Of a stretch of 64,000 nucleotides of DNA, positions 34,401-46,400 are shown piece after piece (the stretch's first letter is position 1; the number at the start of each line of letters is the position of its first letter). Position numbers and translations under genes: made by a program. Below the pieces are notes generated by a model. It was not told the origin of the DNA and did not search any database. It saw nothing but the letters and a program-made list of their open reading frames with translations. The DNA comes from Bolinopsis microptera (Eukaryota): the NCBI RefSeq assembly GCF_026151205.1, contig NC_087073.1, positions 10,138,636 to 10,202,635 of the forward strand. The letters are read 5' to 3'.

Positions 34401-37400
34401 TCTCTGTCCCATTTTCAGTTTTTGAAGATGAAATTTCCAGGACCCCAATTTACAGATGAGACTGATTTTTTCATCACAACCATTAGTAAGTCAACTATAG
34501 ATGCCAAATGACACGATTGAGGTGCTGGAAGCTTGATTTCGGTCAGAGGAAGCCCACAGCAGAAAGCTTAACAAAACGAAAAGTTGTATTTCTTGTATCA
34601 CGTGGTGACCCCCACGGTCGCTTCACTGTAGCGTCTTCGACGCTACAGGGGGGGCCGCGCACTTCGTGCGCGGCGGGTCATACAACGTATGACAATGGAC
34701 AAGTAGTTTCAAAATGCTGTCCCATTTTCAAATATGAAATTTTCTAAACACAAATTTGACAGATTGGATGATATTTTGCCCAGAAACCAATTAGTCAGTT
34801 AATCGATGATGGTATGAAACCAAATTGAAGTACTGGAGTCAAAATCATGAATAAAATTGCAAATCATATTGACCCAATCTCTGTCCCATTTTCAGATTTG
34901 AAGATGAAATTTCCAGGACCCAAATTTTACAGTTGTGACTGATTTTTTTCATCCGCAATCAATTAGTAAGTCAACTATAGATAAGATGCCAAATGACACG
35001 ATTGAGGTGCTGGAAGTTTGATTTCGGTCAGAGGAAGCCCACAGCAAAAAGATTAACAAAACGAAAAGTTGTATTTTCAAAATGCTGTCCCATTTTCAAT
35101 AGGAAATTTCTAAACACAAATTGACAGATTGGATGAAATTTTTGCCCAGAAACCAATTAGTCAGTTAATCGAAAACCAAATTGAAGTACTGGGAGTCAAA
35201 ATCCCAAATAAAATTGCAAAATCATATTCATATTGTTCTAATGTAATCTCTGTCCCATTTTCAGTTTTTGAAGATGAAATTTTCCAGGACCCAAATTTTA
35301 CAGATGAGACTGATTTTTTCATCCGCAACCAATTAGTAAGTCAACTATAAATGCCAAATGATACGATCGAGGTGCTGGAAGTTTGATTTCGGTCAGAGGA
35401 AGCCCACAGCAGAAAGCTTAACAAAACGAAAAGTTGTATTTTCAAAATGCTGTCCCATTTTCAAATATGAAATTTTCTTAACACAAATTTGACAGATTGG
35501 ATGAAATTTTTGTCCAGAAACCAATTAGTCAGTTAATCGATGATGGTATGAAACCAAATTGAAGTACTGGCAGTCAAAATCCCGAATAAAATTGCAAAAT
35601 CATATTGACCCAATCTCTGTCCCATTTTCAGTTTTTGAAGATGAAATTTCCAGGACCCCAATTTTACAGATGAGACTGATTTTTTCATCCACAACCAATT
35701 AGTAAGTCAACTATAGATGCCAAATGACACGATTGAGGTGCTGGAAGCTTGATTTCGGTCAGAGGAAGCCCACAGCAGAAAGCTTAACAAAACGAAAAGT
35801 TGTATTTTCTTGTATCACGTGGTGACCCCCACGGTCGCTTCACTGTAGCGTCTTCGACGCTACAGGGGGGGCCGCGCACTTCGTGCGCGGCGGGTCATAC
35901 AACGTATGACAATGGACAAGTATTTTCAAAATGCTGTCCCATTTTCAAATATGAAATTTTCTAAACACAAATTTGACAGATTGGATGATATTTTTGCCCG
36001 GAAACCAATTAGTCAGTTAATCGATGATGGTATGAAACCAAATTGAAGTACTGGGAGTCAAAATCATGAATAAAATTGCAAAATCATATTGACCCAATCT
36101 CTGTCCCATTTTCAGATTTTGAAGATGAAATTTCCAGGACCCAAATTTTACAGTTGTGACTGATTTTTTCATCCGCAATCAATTAGTAAGTCAACTATAG
36201 ATAAGATGCCAAATGACACGATTGAGGTGCTGGAAGTTTGATTTCGGTCAGAGGAAGCCCACAGCAAAAAGATTAACAAAACGAAAAGTTGTATTTTCAA
36301 AATGCTGTCCCATTTTCAAATAGGAAATTTCTAAACACAAATTTGACAAATTGGATGAAATTTTTGCCCAGAAACCAATTAGTCAGTTAATCGAAACCAA
36401 ATTGAAGTACTGGGAGTCAAAATCCCAAATAAAATTGCAAAATCATATTCATATTGTTCTAATGTAATCTCTGTCCCATTTTCAGTTTTTGAAGATGAAA
36501 TTTCCAGGACCCAAATTTTACAGATGAGACTGATTTTTTCATCCGCAACCAATTAGTAAGTCAACTATAGATGCCAAATGATACGATCGAGGTGCTGGAA
36601 GTTTGATTTCGGTCAGAGGAAGCCCACAGCAGAAAGCTTAACAAAACGAAAAGTTGTATTTTCAAAATGCTGTCCCATTTTCAAATATGAAATTTTCTTA
36701 ACACAAATTTGACAGATTGGATGAAATTTTTGCCCAGAAACCAATTAGTCAGTTAATCGATGATGGTATGAAACCAAATTGAAGTACTGGCAGTCAAAAT
36801 CCCGAATAAAATTGCAAAATCATATTGACCCAATCTCTGTCCCATTTTCAGTTTTTGAAGATGAAATTTCCAGGACCCCAATTTTACAGATGAGACTGAT
36901 TTTTTCATCCACAACCAATTAGTAAGTCAACTATAGATGCCAAATGACACGATTGAGGTGCTGGAAGCTTGATTTCGGTCAGAGGAAGCCCACAGCAGAA
37001 AGCTTAACAAAACGAAAAGTTGTATTTTCTTGTATCACGTGGTGACCCCCACGGTCGCTTCACTGTAGCGTCTTCGACGCTACAGGGGGGGCCGCGCACT
37101 TCGTGCGCGGCGGGTCATACAACGTATGACAATGGACAAGTATTTTCAAAATGCTGTCCCATTTTCAAATATGAAATTTTCTAAACACAAATTTGACAGA
37201 TTGGATGATATTTTTGCCCAGAAACCAATTAGTCAGTTAATCGATGATGGTATGAAACCAAATTGAAGTACTGGGAGTCAAAATCATGAATAAAATTGCA
37301 AAATCATATTGACCCAATCTCTGTCCCATTTTCAGATTTTGAAGATGAAATTTCCAGGACCCAAATTTTACAGTTGTGACTGATTTTTTCATCCGCAATC

Positions 37401-39830
37401 AATTAGTAAGTCAACTATAGATAAGATGCCAAATGACACGATTGAGGTGCTGGAAGTTTGATTTCGGTCAGAGGAAGCCCACAGCAAAAAGATTAACAAA
37501 ACGAAAAGTTGTATTTTCAAAATGCTGTCCCATTTTCAAATAGGAAATTTCTAAACACAAATTTGACAGATTGGATGAAATTTTTGCCCAGAAACCAATT
37601 AGTCAGTTAATCGAAACCAAATTGAAGTACTGGGAGTCAAAATCCCAAATAAAATTGCAAAATCATATTCATATTGTTCTAATGTAATCTCTGTCCCATT
37701 TTCAGTTTTTGAAGATGAAATTTCCAGGACCCAAATTTTACAGATGAGACTGATTTTTTCATCCGCAACCAATTAGTAAGTCAACTATAAATGCCAAATG
37801 ATACGATCGAGGTGCTGGAAGTTTGATTTCGGTCAGAGGAAGCCCACAGCAGAAAGCTTAACAAAACGAAAAGTTGTATTTTCAAAATGCTGTCCCATTT
37901 TCAAATATGAAATTTTCTTAACACAAATTTGACAGATTGGATGAAATTTTTGCCCAGAAACCAATTAGTCAGTTAATCGATGATGGTATGAAACCAAATT
38001 GAAGTACTGGCAGTCAAAATCCCGAATAAAATTGCAAAATCATATTGACCCAATCTCTGTCCCATTTTCAGTTTTTGAAGATGAAATTTCCAGGACCCCA
38101 ATTTTACAGATGAGACTGATTTTTTCATCCACAACCAATTAGTAAGTCAACTATAGATGCCAAATGACACGATTGAGGTGCTGGAAGCTTGATTTCGGTC
38201 AGAGGAAGCCCACAGCAGAAAGCTTAACAAAACGAAAAGTTGTATTTTCTTGTATCACGTGGTGACCCCCACGGTCGCTTCACTGTAGCGTCTTCGACGC
38301 TACAGGGGGGGGCCGCGCACTTCGTGCGCGGCGGGTCATACAACGTATGACAATGGACAAGTATTTTCAAAATGCTGTCCCATTTTCAAATATGAAATTT
38401 TCTAAACACAAATTTGACAGATTGGATGATATTTTTGCCCAGAAACCAATTAGTCAGTTAATCGATGATGGTATGAAACCAAATTGAAGTACTGGGAGTC
38501 AAAATCATGAATAAAATTGCAAAATCATATTGACCCAATCTCTGTCCCATTTTCAGATTTTGAAGATGAAATTTCCAGGACCCAAATTTTACAGTTGTGA
38601 CTGATTTTTTCATCCGCAATCAATTAGTAAGTCAACTATAGATAAGATGCCAAATGACACGATTGAGGTGCTGGAAGTTTGATTTCGGTCAGAGGATTAG
38701 AGGAAGCCCACAGCAAAAAGATTAACAAAACGAAAAGTTGTATTTTCAAAATGCTGTCCCATTTTCAAATAGGAAATTTCTAAACACAAATTTGACAGAT
38801 TGGATGAAATTTTTGCCCAGAAACCAATTAGTCAGTTAATCGAAACCAAATTGAAGTACTGGGAGTCAAAATCCCAAATAAAATTGCAAAATCATATTCA
38901 TATTGTTCTAATGTAATCTCTGTCCCATTTTCAGTTTTTGAAGATGAAATTTCCAGGACCCAAATTTTACAGATGAGACTGATTTTTTCATCCGCAACCA
39001 ATTAGTAAGTCAACTATAGATGCCAAATGATACGATCGAGGTGCTGGAAGTTTGATTTCGGTCAGAGGAAGCCCACAGCAGAAAGCTTAACAAAACGAAA
39101 AGTTGTATTTTCAAAATGCTGTCCCATTTTCAAATATGAAATTTTCTTAACACAAATTTGACAGATTGGATGAAATTTTTGCCCAGAAACCAATTAGTCA
39201 GTTAATCGATGATGGTATGAAACCAAATTGAAGTACTGGCAGTCAAAATCCCGAATAAAATTGCAAAATCATATTGACCCAATCTCTGTCCCATTTTCAG
39301 TTTTTGAAGATGAAATTTCCAGGACCCCAATTTTACAGATGAGACTGATTTTTTCATCCACAACCAATTAGTAAGTCAACTATAGATGCCAAATGACACG
39401 ATTGAGGTGCTGGAAGCTTGATTTCGGTCAGAGGAAGCCCACAGCAGAAAGCTTAACAAAACGAAAAGTTGTATTTTCAAAATGCTGTCCCATTTTCAAA
39501 TATGAAATTTTCTTAACACAAATTTGTCAGATTGGATGAAATTTTTGCCCAGAAACCAATAAGTCAGTTAATCGATGATGGTATGAAACCAAATTGAGCG
39601 ACTGGGAGTCAAAATCCCGAATAAAATCATATCACATATTGTCCCAATCTGTCTCATTTCAGTTTTTGAAGATTAAATTTGCAGGACCCAAATTTCACAG
39701 TTGTGACCGATTTTTCATCCGCAACCAATTAGTAAGTCAACTATATATATGCCAAATGACACGATTGAGGACTGGACGTTTGATTTCGGTCAGAAGAGGC
39801 TCACAGCAAAATAAGCTTAAAATATGCCAG
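16490..39830 (+). repeat. Satellite DNA array: ~366-bp monomer, about 63 copies, ~23.3 kb, organised in higher-order repeats
   Basis: Monomer ...gatgccaaatgacacgattgaggtgctggaag[ct]ttgatttcggtcagaggaagcccacagcagaaag[ac]ttaacaaaacgaaaagttgtattttcaaaatgctgtcccattttcaaatagg... 16.5-23 kb is a 3-monomer HOR (period 1098-1099 bp; identical ORFs recur at 17528, 18626 and 19725). 23-27.5 kb is a degraded zone. 30.4-39.5 kb is a ~1218-bp HOR that includes a GC-rich insert and one shortened monomer. The repeated 61-aa ORFs (MPNDTIEVLEVRF...) come from the monomer sequence and are probably not coding. Confidence 0.92.
33379..33492 (+). other. GC-rich ~115-bp module of consecutive hairpins inside satellite HOR units. 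Other copies at 30593-30705, 31801-31912, 34592-34704, 35809-35920, 37029-37140, 38249-38362
   Basis: cttgtatcacgtggtgacccccacggtcgcttcaCTGTAGCGTCttcGACGCTACAGggggggGCCGCGCACttcGTGCGCGGCgGTCATAcaacgTATGACaatggacaag. It contains a 10-bp stem with ttc loop, a 9-bp stem with ttc loop, and a 6-bp stem with 5-nt loop, plus a CACGTG E-box palindrome. GC content is far above the AT-rich monomer. Confidence 0.8.
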
Positions 39831-40025
39831 ATTAAAGCGCTTTTTATAATAACACTGACTGTATGAACCAATTATGTCATGTGGGGTGGGATGATCCAGA
39901 ATCAGTGTTTCAAAATTCTTAGATTCAAGTTGGTGTCTACAGTCGGAAATATCTCGAAATTAGATCGTCGTGATTCAGCAAGACCCGTTTATTAACGCCT
40001 TGGTCCATAAGACGGTTCCCGCTTT

Positions 40026-40050
40026 TTATTGATATATAATTTATTCGCTT
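40026..40050 (-). terminator. Tandem AATAAA polyadenylation signals (minus strand), about 370 nt downstream of the SAFB-like stop codon
   Basis: + strand gctttttattgatatataatttattcgc reads aataaa twice on the minus strand. Confidence 0.3.
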
Positions 40051-40416
40051 GCATTTGCAAATACATATATGCGGTGAAAGGTTTACAAATAAAAACAGCC
40101 ATTAAATTTAAGATTCGTTTGTGACACATTGTTAAATACAAAGAAATATTATGTAGCAATTCGAATTTTGTTACGTTATCAATATCATGAAAAATAAAAG
40201 CAGCGCGCATCAAACCCAAGCTTTGAAGGGAATGCAAATAACATAGCATAAAAATTGCAACTTATTTTCGAAATTCACATACTGTTCGATAACCTCTATT
40301 CCATATTCTGGTCTTATCAATTGTTTCAAAAACATTCAAGTTCAGTTTGGATCGGAGTCACGTTCTTGAGAACAGTGGGTTATAACGTTTGGGGATTCCA
40401 TAGATTTGTTTACGCT

Positions 40417-43400
40417 TCATCGTCGGAATTGATTGTTAGGATTGTTCAGGAAAGGAGGTGCGCCAGCGTTAAATGGCGGTGGAGCCCATTGAAGAGGTGG
40501 TCCGTTTGGTTGGGTAAAGTTTATAGCAGCCGGAACGTTCCCAAATTGCTGGGCGGGGCCAGGAGGAGGTTGACTGAATGGCATCGGTGGCGGCTGCATC
40601 ATCGGGTTGGTTTTGTAAGTTTGAACCTGTTGAACCTGTTGCTGAACTTTCTGGTAAGTGTTAGGGCCCGGAGCTTGTGGAGGCTGTGGAACATTCCCAT
40701 AAGTGCTTGGTTTTGTGTTGACCATCTCCTTAACACCTTGCAACGATTTCAATAGATCGTTTATTTGGTTAGATTGCTGTCCAGTACTCGGCCTTGCCTC
40801 GCTCCTAGCACTACTATAGGTGTCAGATCTAGAAGGTCGGGATGAAGAAGAAGAAGAAGATGAGGGGTTATAGTTGGAGCTTGTGTGACCATCCCGGGAG
40901 GAACTATGGCTGGAGGAACTGTGTCCGTGAGAAGAACTGTGACCAGGGTTGTGAGAGGAAGTGTGAGCAGATCCGTGACTAGTTCCATGCGAGGAGCTGC
41001 CATATGATGAGCCGTGTGATGAGCTCATGTGGGAAGGGCCTCCATGGGAAGAGCTGGGGTGACTCGAGCTGGGGTGACTCGAGCTGGGGTGACTCGAGCT
41101 GGGGTGACTCGAGCTGGGGTGGCTGGAGCTGGGGTGGCTGGAGCTGGGGTGGCTCGAGCTACCGTGAGTTGAGCGAGGCCTATCATGAGAGGATCGAGAG
41201 TAGGAGTCTCGAGATGAGCTGCGTTGAGAGGTATACTCCTGTACAGGAGCTGTGGGAGGCTGTTTGTGGGACACCATCAGAGGATTGAAAGAAGGCAGGC
41301 TAGGAGCTGAAGAATATTTCGGGAAAGTCTGTAATTGTGGTGGCGCTAACGAAGGGGGAGCTGGTCTCGGTTGATTTGTTATCAAATTCGTTATTTGTCC
41401 ATTAGCTTTCATCTTCTCGAGATTTTCCTTTATCTTCGCTGCGTTGGAAGCATTTTGTGCTTCAATGAGAGCCGCCTTGTTGGTAGCTTTGGAAGACATT
41501 GTTTTCACAGTGTTTTGAAGTTGCTTCACAAGAGCTGATTTCAGATCAGCTGCAAGTTTTTCAGTGAGCGATTCTCCAAGCATACCTCCCAAATTCTGAA
41601 CATTTCCTTGCATAAGAGCCTTGATAGCGGCTTCTTGTTTCGCAGTTTGCTCTCTCAACATCTTCAGCTCCATTTCTTTTCCAGGGGAGCCTGCTGTAAC
41701 CTTCCGTTCAGTAGATCGTGACTTAGGTCTCCTCCTTTCCCTGGAATGTGACCTCCGTGCTCGTTTAGGAGATCTTGAGTTTCTCCTTCGATCTGGTCTC
41801 CTCGGAGATCGTCTGGGAGAACGTCTGTTTCCTAGAGAATGGCGAGAAGGTGGTGACCTGCGAGGAGAGGGACGTTTGTGAAGAGGTGAACGTTTGGGAG
41901 GACTGGGTCGTTTAGGCGAGCGGGGCTTAGGAGAGGTCCTTCTGACGGTCCGTTCAGTGATCGGTTTAACTGGAGATTTGGACTTCCGCCTTGGGGACCG
42001 GCTCTTACGTCGGGTGGTAGGACTACTTCGTCTTCGAGGAGATCTAGATTTTCTTCTTGGAGACCTGGATTTTCTTCGGGGTGATCGAGTACGTCTCCTA
42101 GGTCGTTCAGGTCGGTCAGGTCTTCTTGCAGGGCTTGTTCTTACAGAAGTTGATGGTCCCCCTGTTGAGGGTCCTGGTCCTTTCCTGGTAGCGGAACGTG
42201 AGCGAGTTCGTCTTCTGCGATCTGAAGACCTTCTCTTTAAATCGTCAGACTTAATATTTACAGATATCGTCCCCGAACCGGATACGACTCTCCTGTCCCT
42301 GTCACCAGCCCTTTCTTTGTCTGAAAATTGGAGTTTTCAATGGATAAATAGCCATTACACCACTCAATCTTGTTAACGAGTAGAATTTGATAAGGGCAGC
42401 AGCTCTGATATTTTCATTCTTGGTGATTATTGTGGATAGAAGTCATATTTTAATCTAATTTTAATCCCTTTAATAATTGGGAATAATTTACCTGATCTAG
42501 GTTTGCTTTTGTCCTCGGGTGAAGTGTGACGGGGTCTGATGCCAGCTGGTCGACTGCTAGGTTTCAGTTGCTGCTGTCTCATCTTACGCAACACTGCGTT
42601 ATCTTTCTTGGGCTGGTGGAATATCAAAGTAAGTTGCATGTCTAAGATAAGATGAGAAAAAAATCTTACTGAGACTCAGCATATCTCATATGAACGTAAT
42701 TCAATGTTCATGCTTGATTTTGTGAGAAAAACAGTTAAACTTATTTTTCATAAAATCTATCGACGAATAAATATCTCTACTATAATTCAGAGAATTATTT
42801 CTGTAGGATGTATGTACGACCGCCCACGTGCAAATTCGGTAAAAAGCAAAAGGTTGCAAAGTAACCATGGTAACGACCAAAAAGGGTTGTTACACGCACG
42901 TGCACGTGCAAAGATTGTTAGAACGGCATTTTTATCGGTTTTGTTGATATTACGCTGTGTTTAGTGCGAGCAACATTTTAATCGGCTGTATCTTCGGTTG
43001 TGTAGGATATTTTTGATTAAACTTACTAACAAAAAATACTATTAGCCCAGACTATATCAATGGACGGGAGGATTAAAGTACTTTCATACACACCAGCATG
43101 CTCATTGATGGCTTAAAATGAAGCTAAGACATACTCCTATCAGATCCACCATAAGTTAGATACCATAATAATCATTAAATGTGTCTAAAATGAGGAAGCT
43201 TTGACAAGTGCGAGTGGTTTTGGCAAATTTTGGTATAAAATGGGCCCTGAGATCATATTTTTCTCATTAAAATCACATATATCACGAATATTTATGTGTG
43301 TTGGGTGTATCCTCATTGGTATCAACCATTTCAATCATCTAGAGCAGCTTTCCTGATTCTTTATCTCATGAAAATGGGCAAAAAAGCTCATAAATAGTCC

Positions 43401-46400
43401 AAAATCGGTCATTTTCGCCGCTTTAATAACCTCATTCCTGGCACCCAGAACACTTTGGGTACTCAAAACATGATTTTTCGGATACCTCAGACCCCTAACT
43501 AGCACATGGAGCCAGAAAGAACAGCATGTAGGGACTTCTAAATTTTCATGGTTGAGAACCCAATGTCACACTATTCGTTCATTAATCCTGCTTTCACTGT
43601 TCCCTGTGACCACGGGTTTTCTAGTACATTATAAAGTAACACATTTAAGTTGTGACTCACTCTTGACGTTACAATCTCTTTGTTATGGAGCTTATAACCA
43701 TTCAGTTTCTGAATCGCTACCCCGGCTTCACTCTCTTGGGACATCGTGACGAGACCGAAACATTTAGCTTCTTTAGCGTTGGGATTCATCACAACTTTCG
43801 CACTCATCACCTGCAAAGTACGCCGATCAAAAAGAAGCTCACAAGACGTCAATATCTAATAATACCAGACAAAACAATATCACTAAATAATTTTACTGAT
43901 ATGTAACACCATTGGTCATATAATTATAACAAGCAAATAATTTATCATGAATGGTAAATTATGCGGACAGAAGCAACAATTTACCTTTCCGTAGAGTCCG
44001 AAACAGGTTTTGAGATCAAGAGCACGAGTTTGTTTAGTAAGGTTGCTGACCCATATCATCTTCATAATATCCGGATGTCTGAAATGAAACAATTTGAACA
44101 AAAGGGCAGGGAATTGTTATTTTTAAACTAGCCATCCGCAAAGAGCATACAGCTTTTATTTCTAAATGATATTTACAGTCAATCATTGCGGACGGCTACA
44201 ATGATATATCCGTAAGAAGTTCTTAAAATGTTTTCTCAAATAAAAATCACGGTAACAAGATGAATGATTAACAGTGCATTCGCGATTAAAACTACAGACT
44301 ACTTTATTAATAAACAGCTCAAGTAATAGTCGAGTAAATTGCTGCTCATTAAACGAAATTTTGACTTTCACCCAAACCAATTAGTAGAACTGCATCAGAG
44401 TTAGTTGAGCGTATCCGGGGCAAAAACCAACTGCAGCCAAGATATAGAGCGATCGATCAAATTTTAACACAAATCAAAATTACCCTTCTTCCTCCTTTTC
44501 GTCAGAAGGCTTATCCTCCTTTTTTGTAGCATCCCCTGGAGCTTCCTCGGCTTTAGCTTCTGCCGGCACAGACTCCTCAGCTGTCTCCTTGGTACCAGTT
44601 TCCACGATGGCAATCTCAGACTCCTCTATCTGGAATGAGATCATCTCCTCCTTGTTGTCGTCACCATCTCCGTAGTCCAGCTCGTCACCACCAGCCTTCG
44701 TCGTTCAGAAGAGAGCTATCCGGTTCTGTGGTGCCATCTTTACTGGCTTCTTTAGTATCAACATCAAAATTTTGATTGTCCTGTACAGCAGCAGGATCAA
44801 CGTCAGAGACTAAGGAGCCTTCAGCTGAGGGAGCTTCAGTCACCACCACTGCTGCATCCACAGCTTCAGTGACGGTTTCAGTCTGTTCAGCCTTTGGATC
44901 TTCAGATTTTAAGTCGGTCGTGACACTGTCAACTTTTTCTGGAGCATCCTCAGCTGAAGTCTCCTCAGCTACTGGATCTGACTCGGTAGCTCCACTCTGA
45001 CCAGGTTCGTCTACCATTTCTTCCTTAGGAGGTTCCTCCGATTCTTGGGCTTCCTCTTGTTCGATAGATTTAGTTTCTGAGAAATAGAAGCTTCAACATT
45101 TAATTCAAGAACTTAATCTTGAACACCAAATACGTTACCTGTTCCGTTTTACCGGCAAGTTGAATTACGTCAGTCAAAATAGGTTCGTTCGTGTCGTCTC
45201 ACTCTATCTAGTTGATATATCCATCTACGCTTGAAGTAGGAAGCAACCAAATAGTCCAAGTGCAAGTTGCCCAACTCGTAGTCCAGCAACATTTTTGACA
45301 TTATACACACTTTGTAGTGGTTTGTCATAAACCCGGCGGCCGGCAACATACGGTGAGATGTCATTTACAATTGGTAAACAAATAGACGTTCTCCAGATAT
45401 ATAATTTAGGGAGTTACAACGAATACATTTTCCTTATTAAATCAGTTTAAAGTTTTGTTAACTTTCATCAAGTCTACAATTTCTTATGACTATAACAAAT
45501 AGGCGATTATTCTGTGGCTAAATCCCCCAAATTACCGATATTTCAAAACAGTAAAAGGAGGGACCACCTCATTGGAGAAAAAAAAGTATACAAAACCGTC
45601 AATAGAATGTTTAATTGGACAGCCAACATTTTAATAGTTTGAACAAAGCTCAGATGTTCAAAAACAGGGTATAGTCGAACGGCTTAGTTGATTGTCACTT
45701 TTGCGAACGGTAAACCAATAACTGTATTGAACAACAGACATCGTAAATCAAGAGCTACCAGAATTGATTATTTTCATTGCATATATATGAACAAACAGGG
45801 GAATTACGATGAATGTAGACCGGAAACAACAGAGTTACCTAAGGTATTAGCTTGAAAGCAACACGAGGTTCTCTTAATGTTAAGCCATCATAACACACAG
45901 TACATACCCGGTTGTTAACAGTTATTTAGTTCTCTATTCTATCAACAAGGCAAGGTGGCCATTGTAAACAGATAAAGCCCATTTCAGACAAATAAAGGGA
46001 CTTCTCAATAATCAAAAAAATTAAAAAGGAAACAAAACGACGCGAATTTCTCCAAATAGTGGAAGTTAGAATAACATACCTTGTGTATCGTCGTCCTCAG
46101 GATCGTCCAGATCTCCAATAACGGTATCCACAATGTTTTCCAGGCCTTCTATGTTCTCCTCCCACTCATCAAGACCATCATCAACAGTGGTTTCTACCTC
46201 TTCAGTCTGGCTGGTGGTTTCCTCATCTTGTATCGCCTGAACATTAGAAGTTGAACATCAAAGAGTTGTTTATATAATGGTGCGACTATTTTACACAATA
46301 ATAAACAGTCTTGTAAAATCAAATATTAATTTTATTCGATTGAGCGTCTCTGCTTCATCAGAAGGAAATCCAGACTTAGGCAAGGACAACTTTTTAAAAG

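Noticed and set aside
41621-42376. Plus-strand ORFs 41621-41881 and 41894-42376 (R/L/G-rich), and 41004-41288 (SWGD repeats)
   Set aside because: These are mirror-frame artefacts of the minus-strand RS-domain and Ser/His-repeat coding sequence of the SAFB-like gene. The low-complexity composition keeps several frames open.
42612-43661. Additional small exons of the SAFB-like gene between the RRM exon and the PKKDNAVLRKMRQQQ exon
   Set aside because: No minus-strand frame with splice-compatible phase stood out. The RRM exon ends in phase 0 and the next identified exon starts in phase 0, so a direct join is assumed. Small missed exons remain possible.
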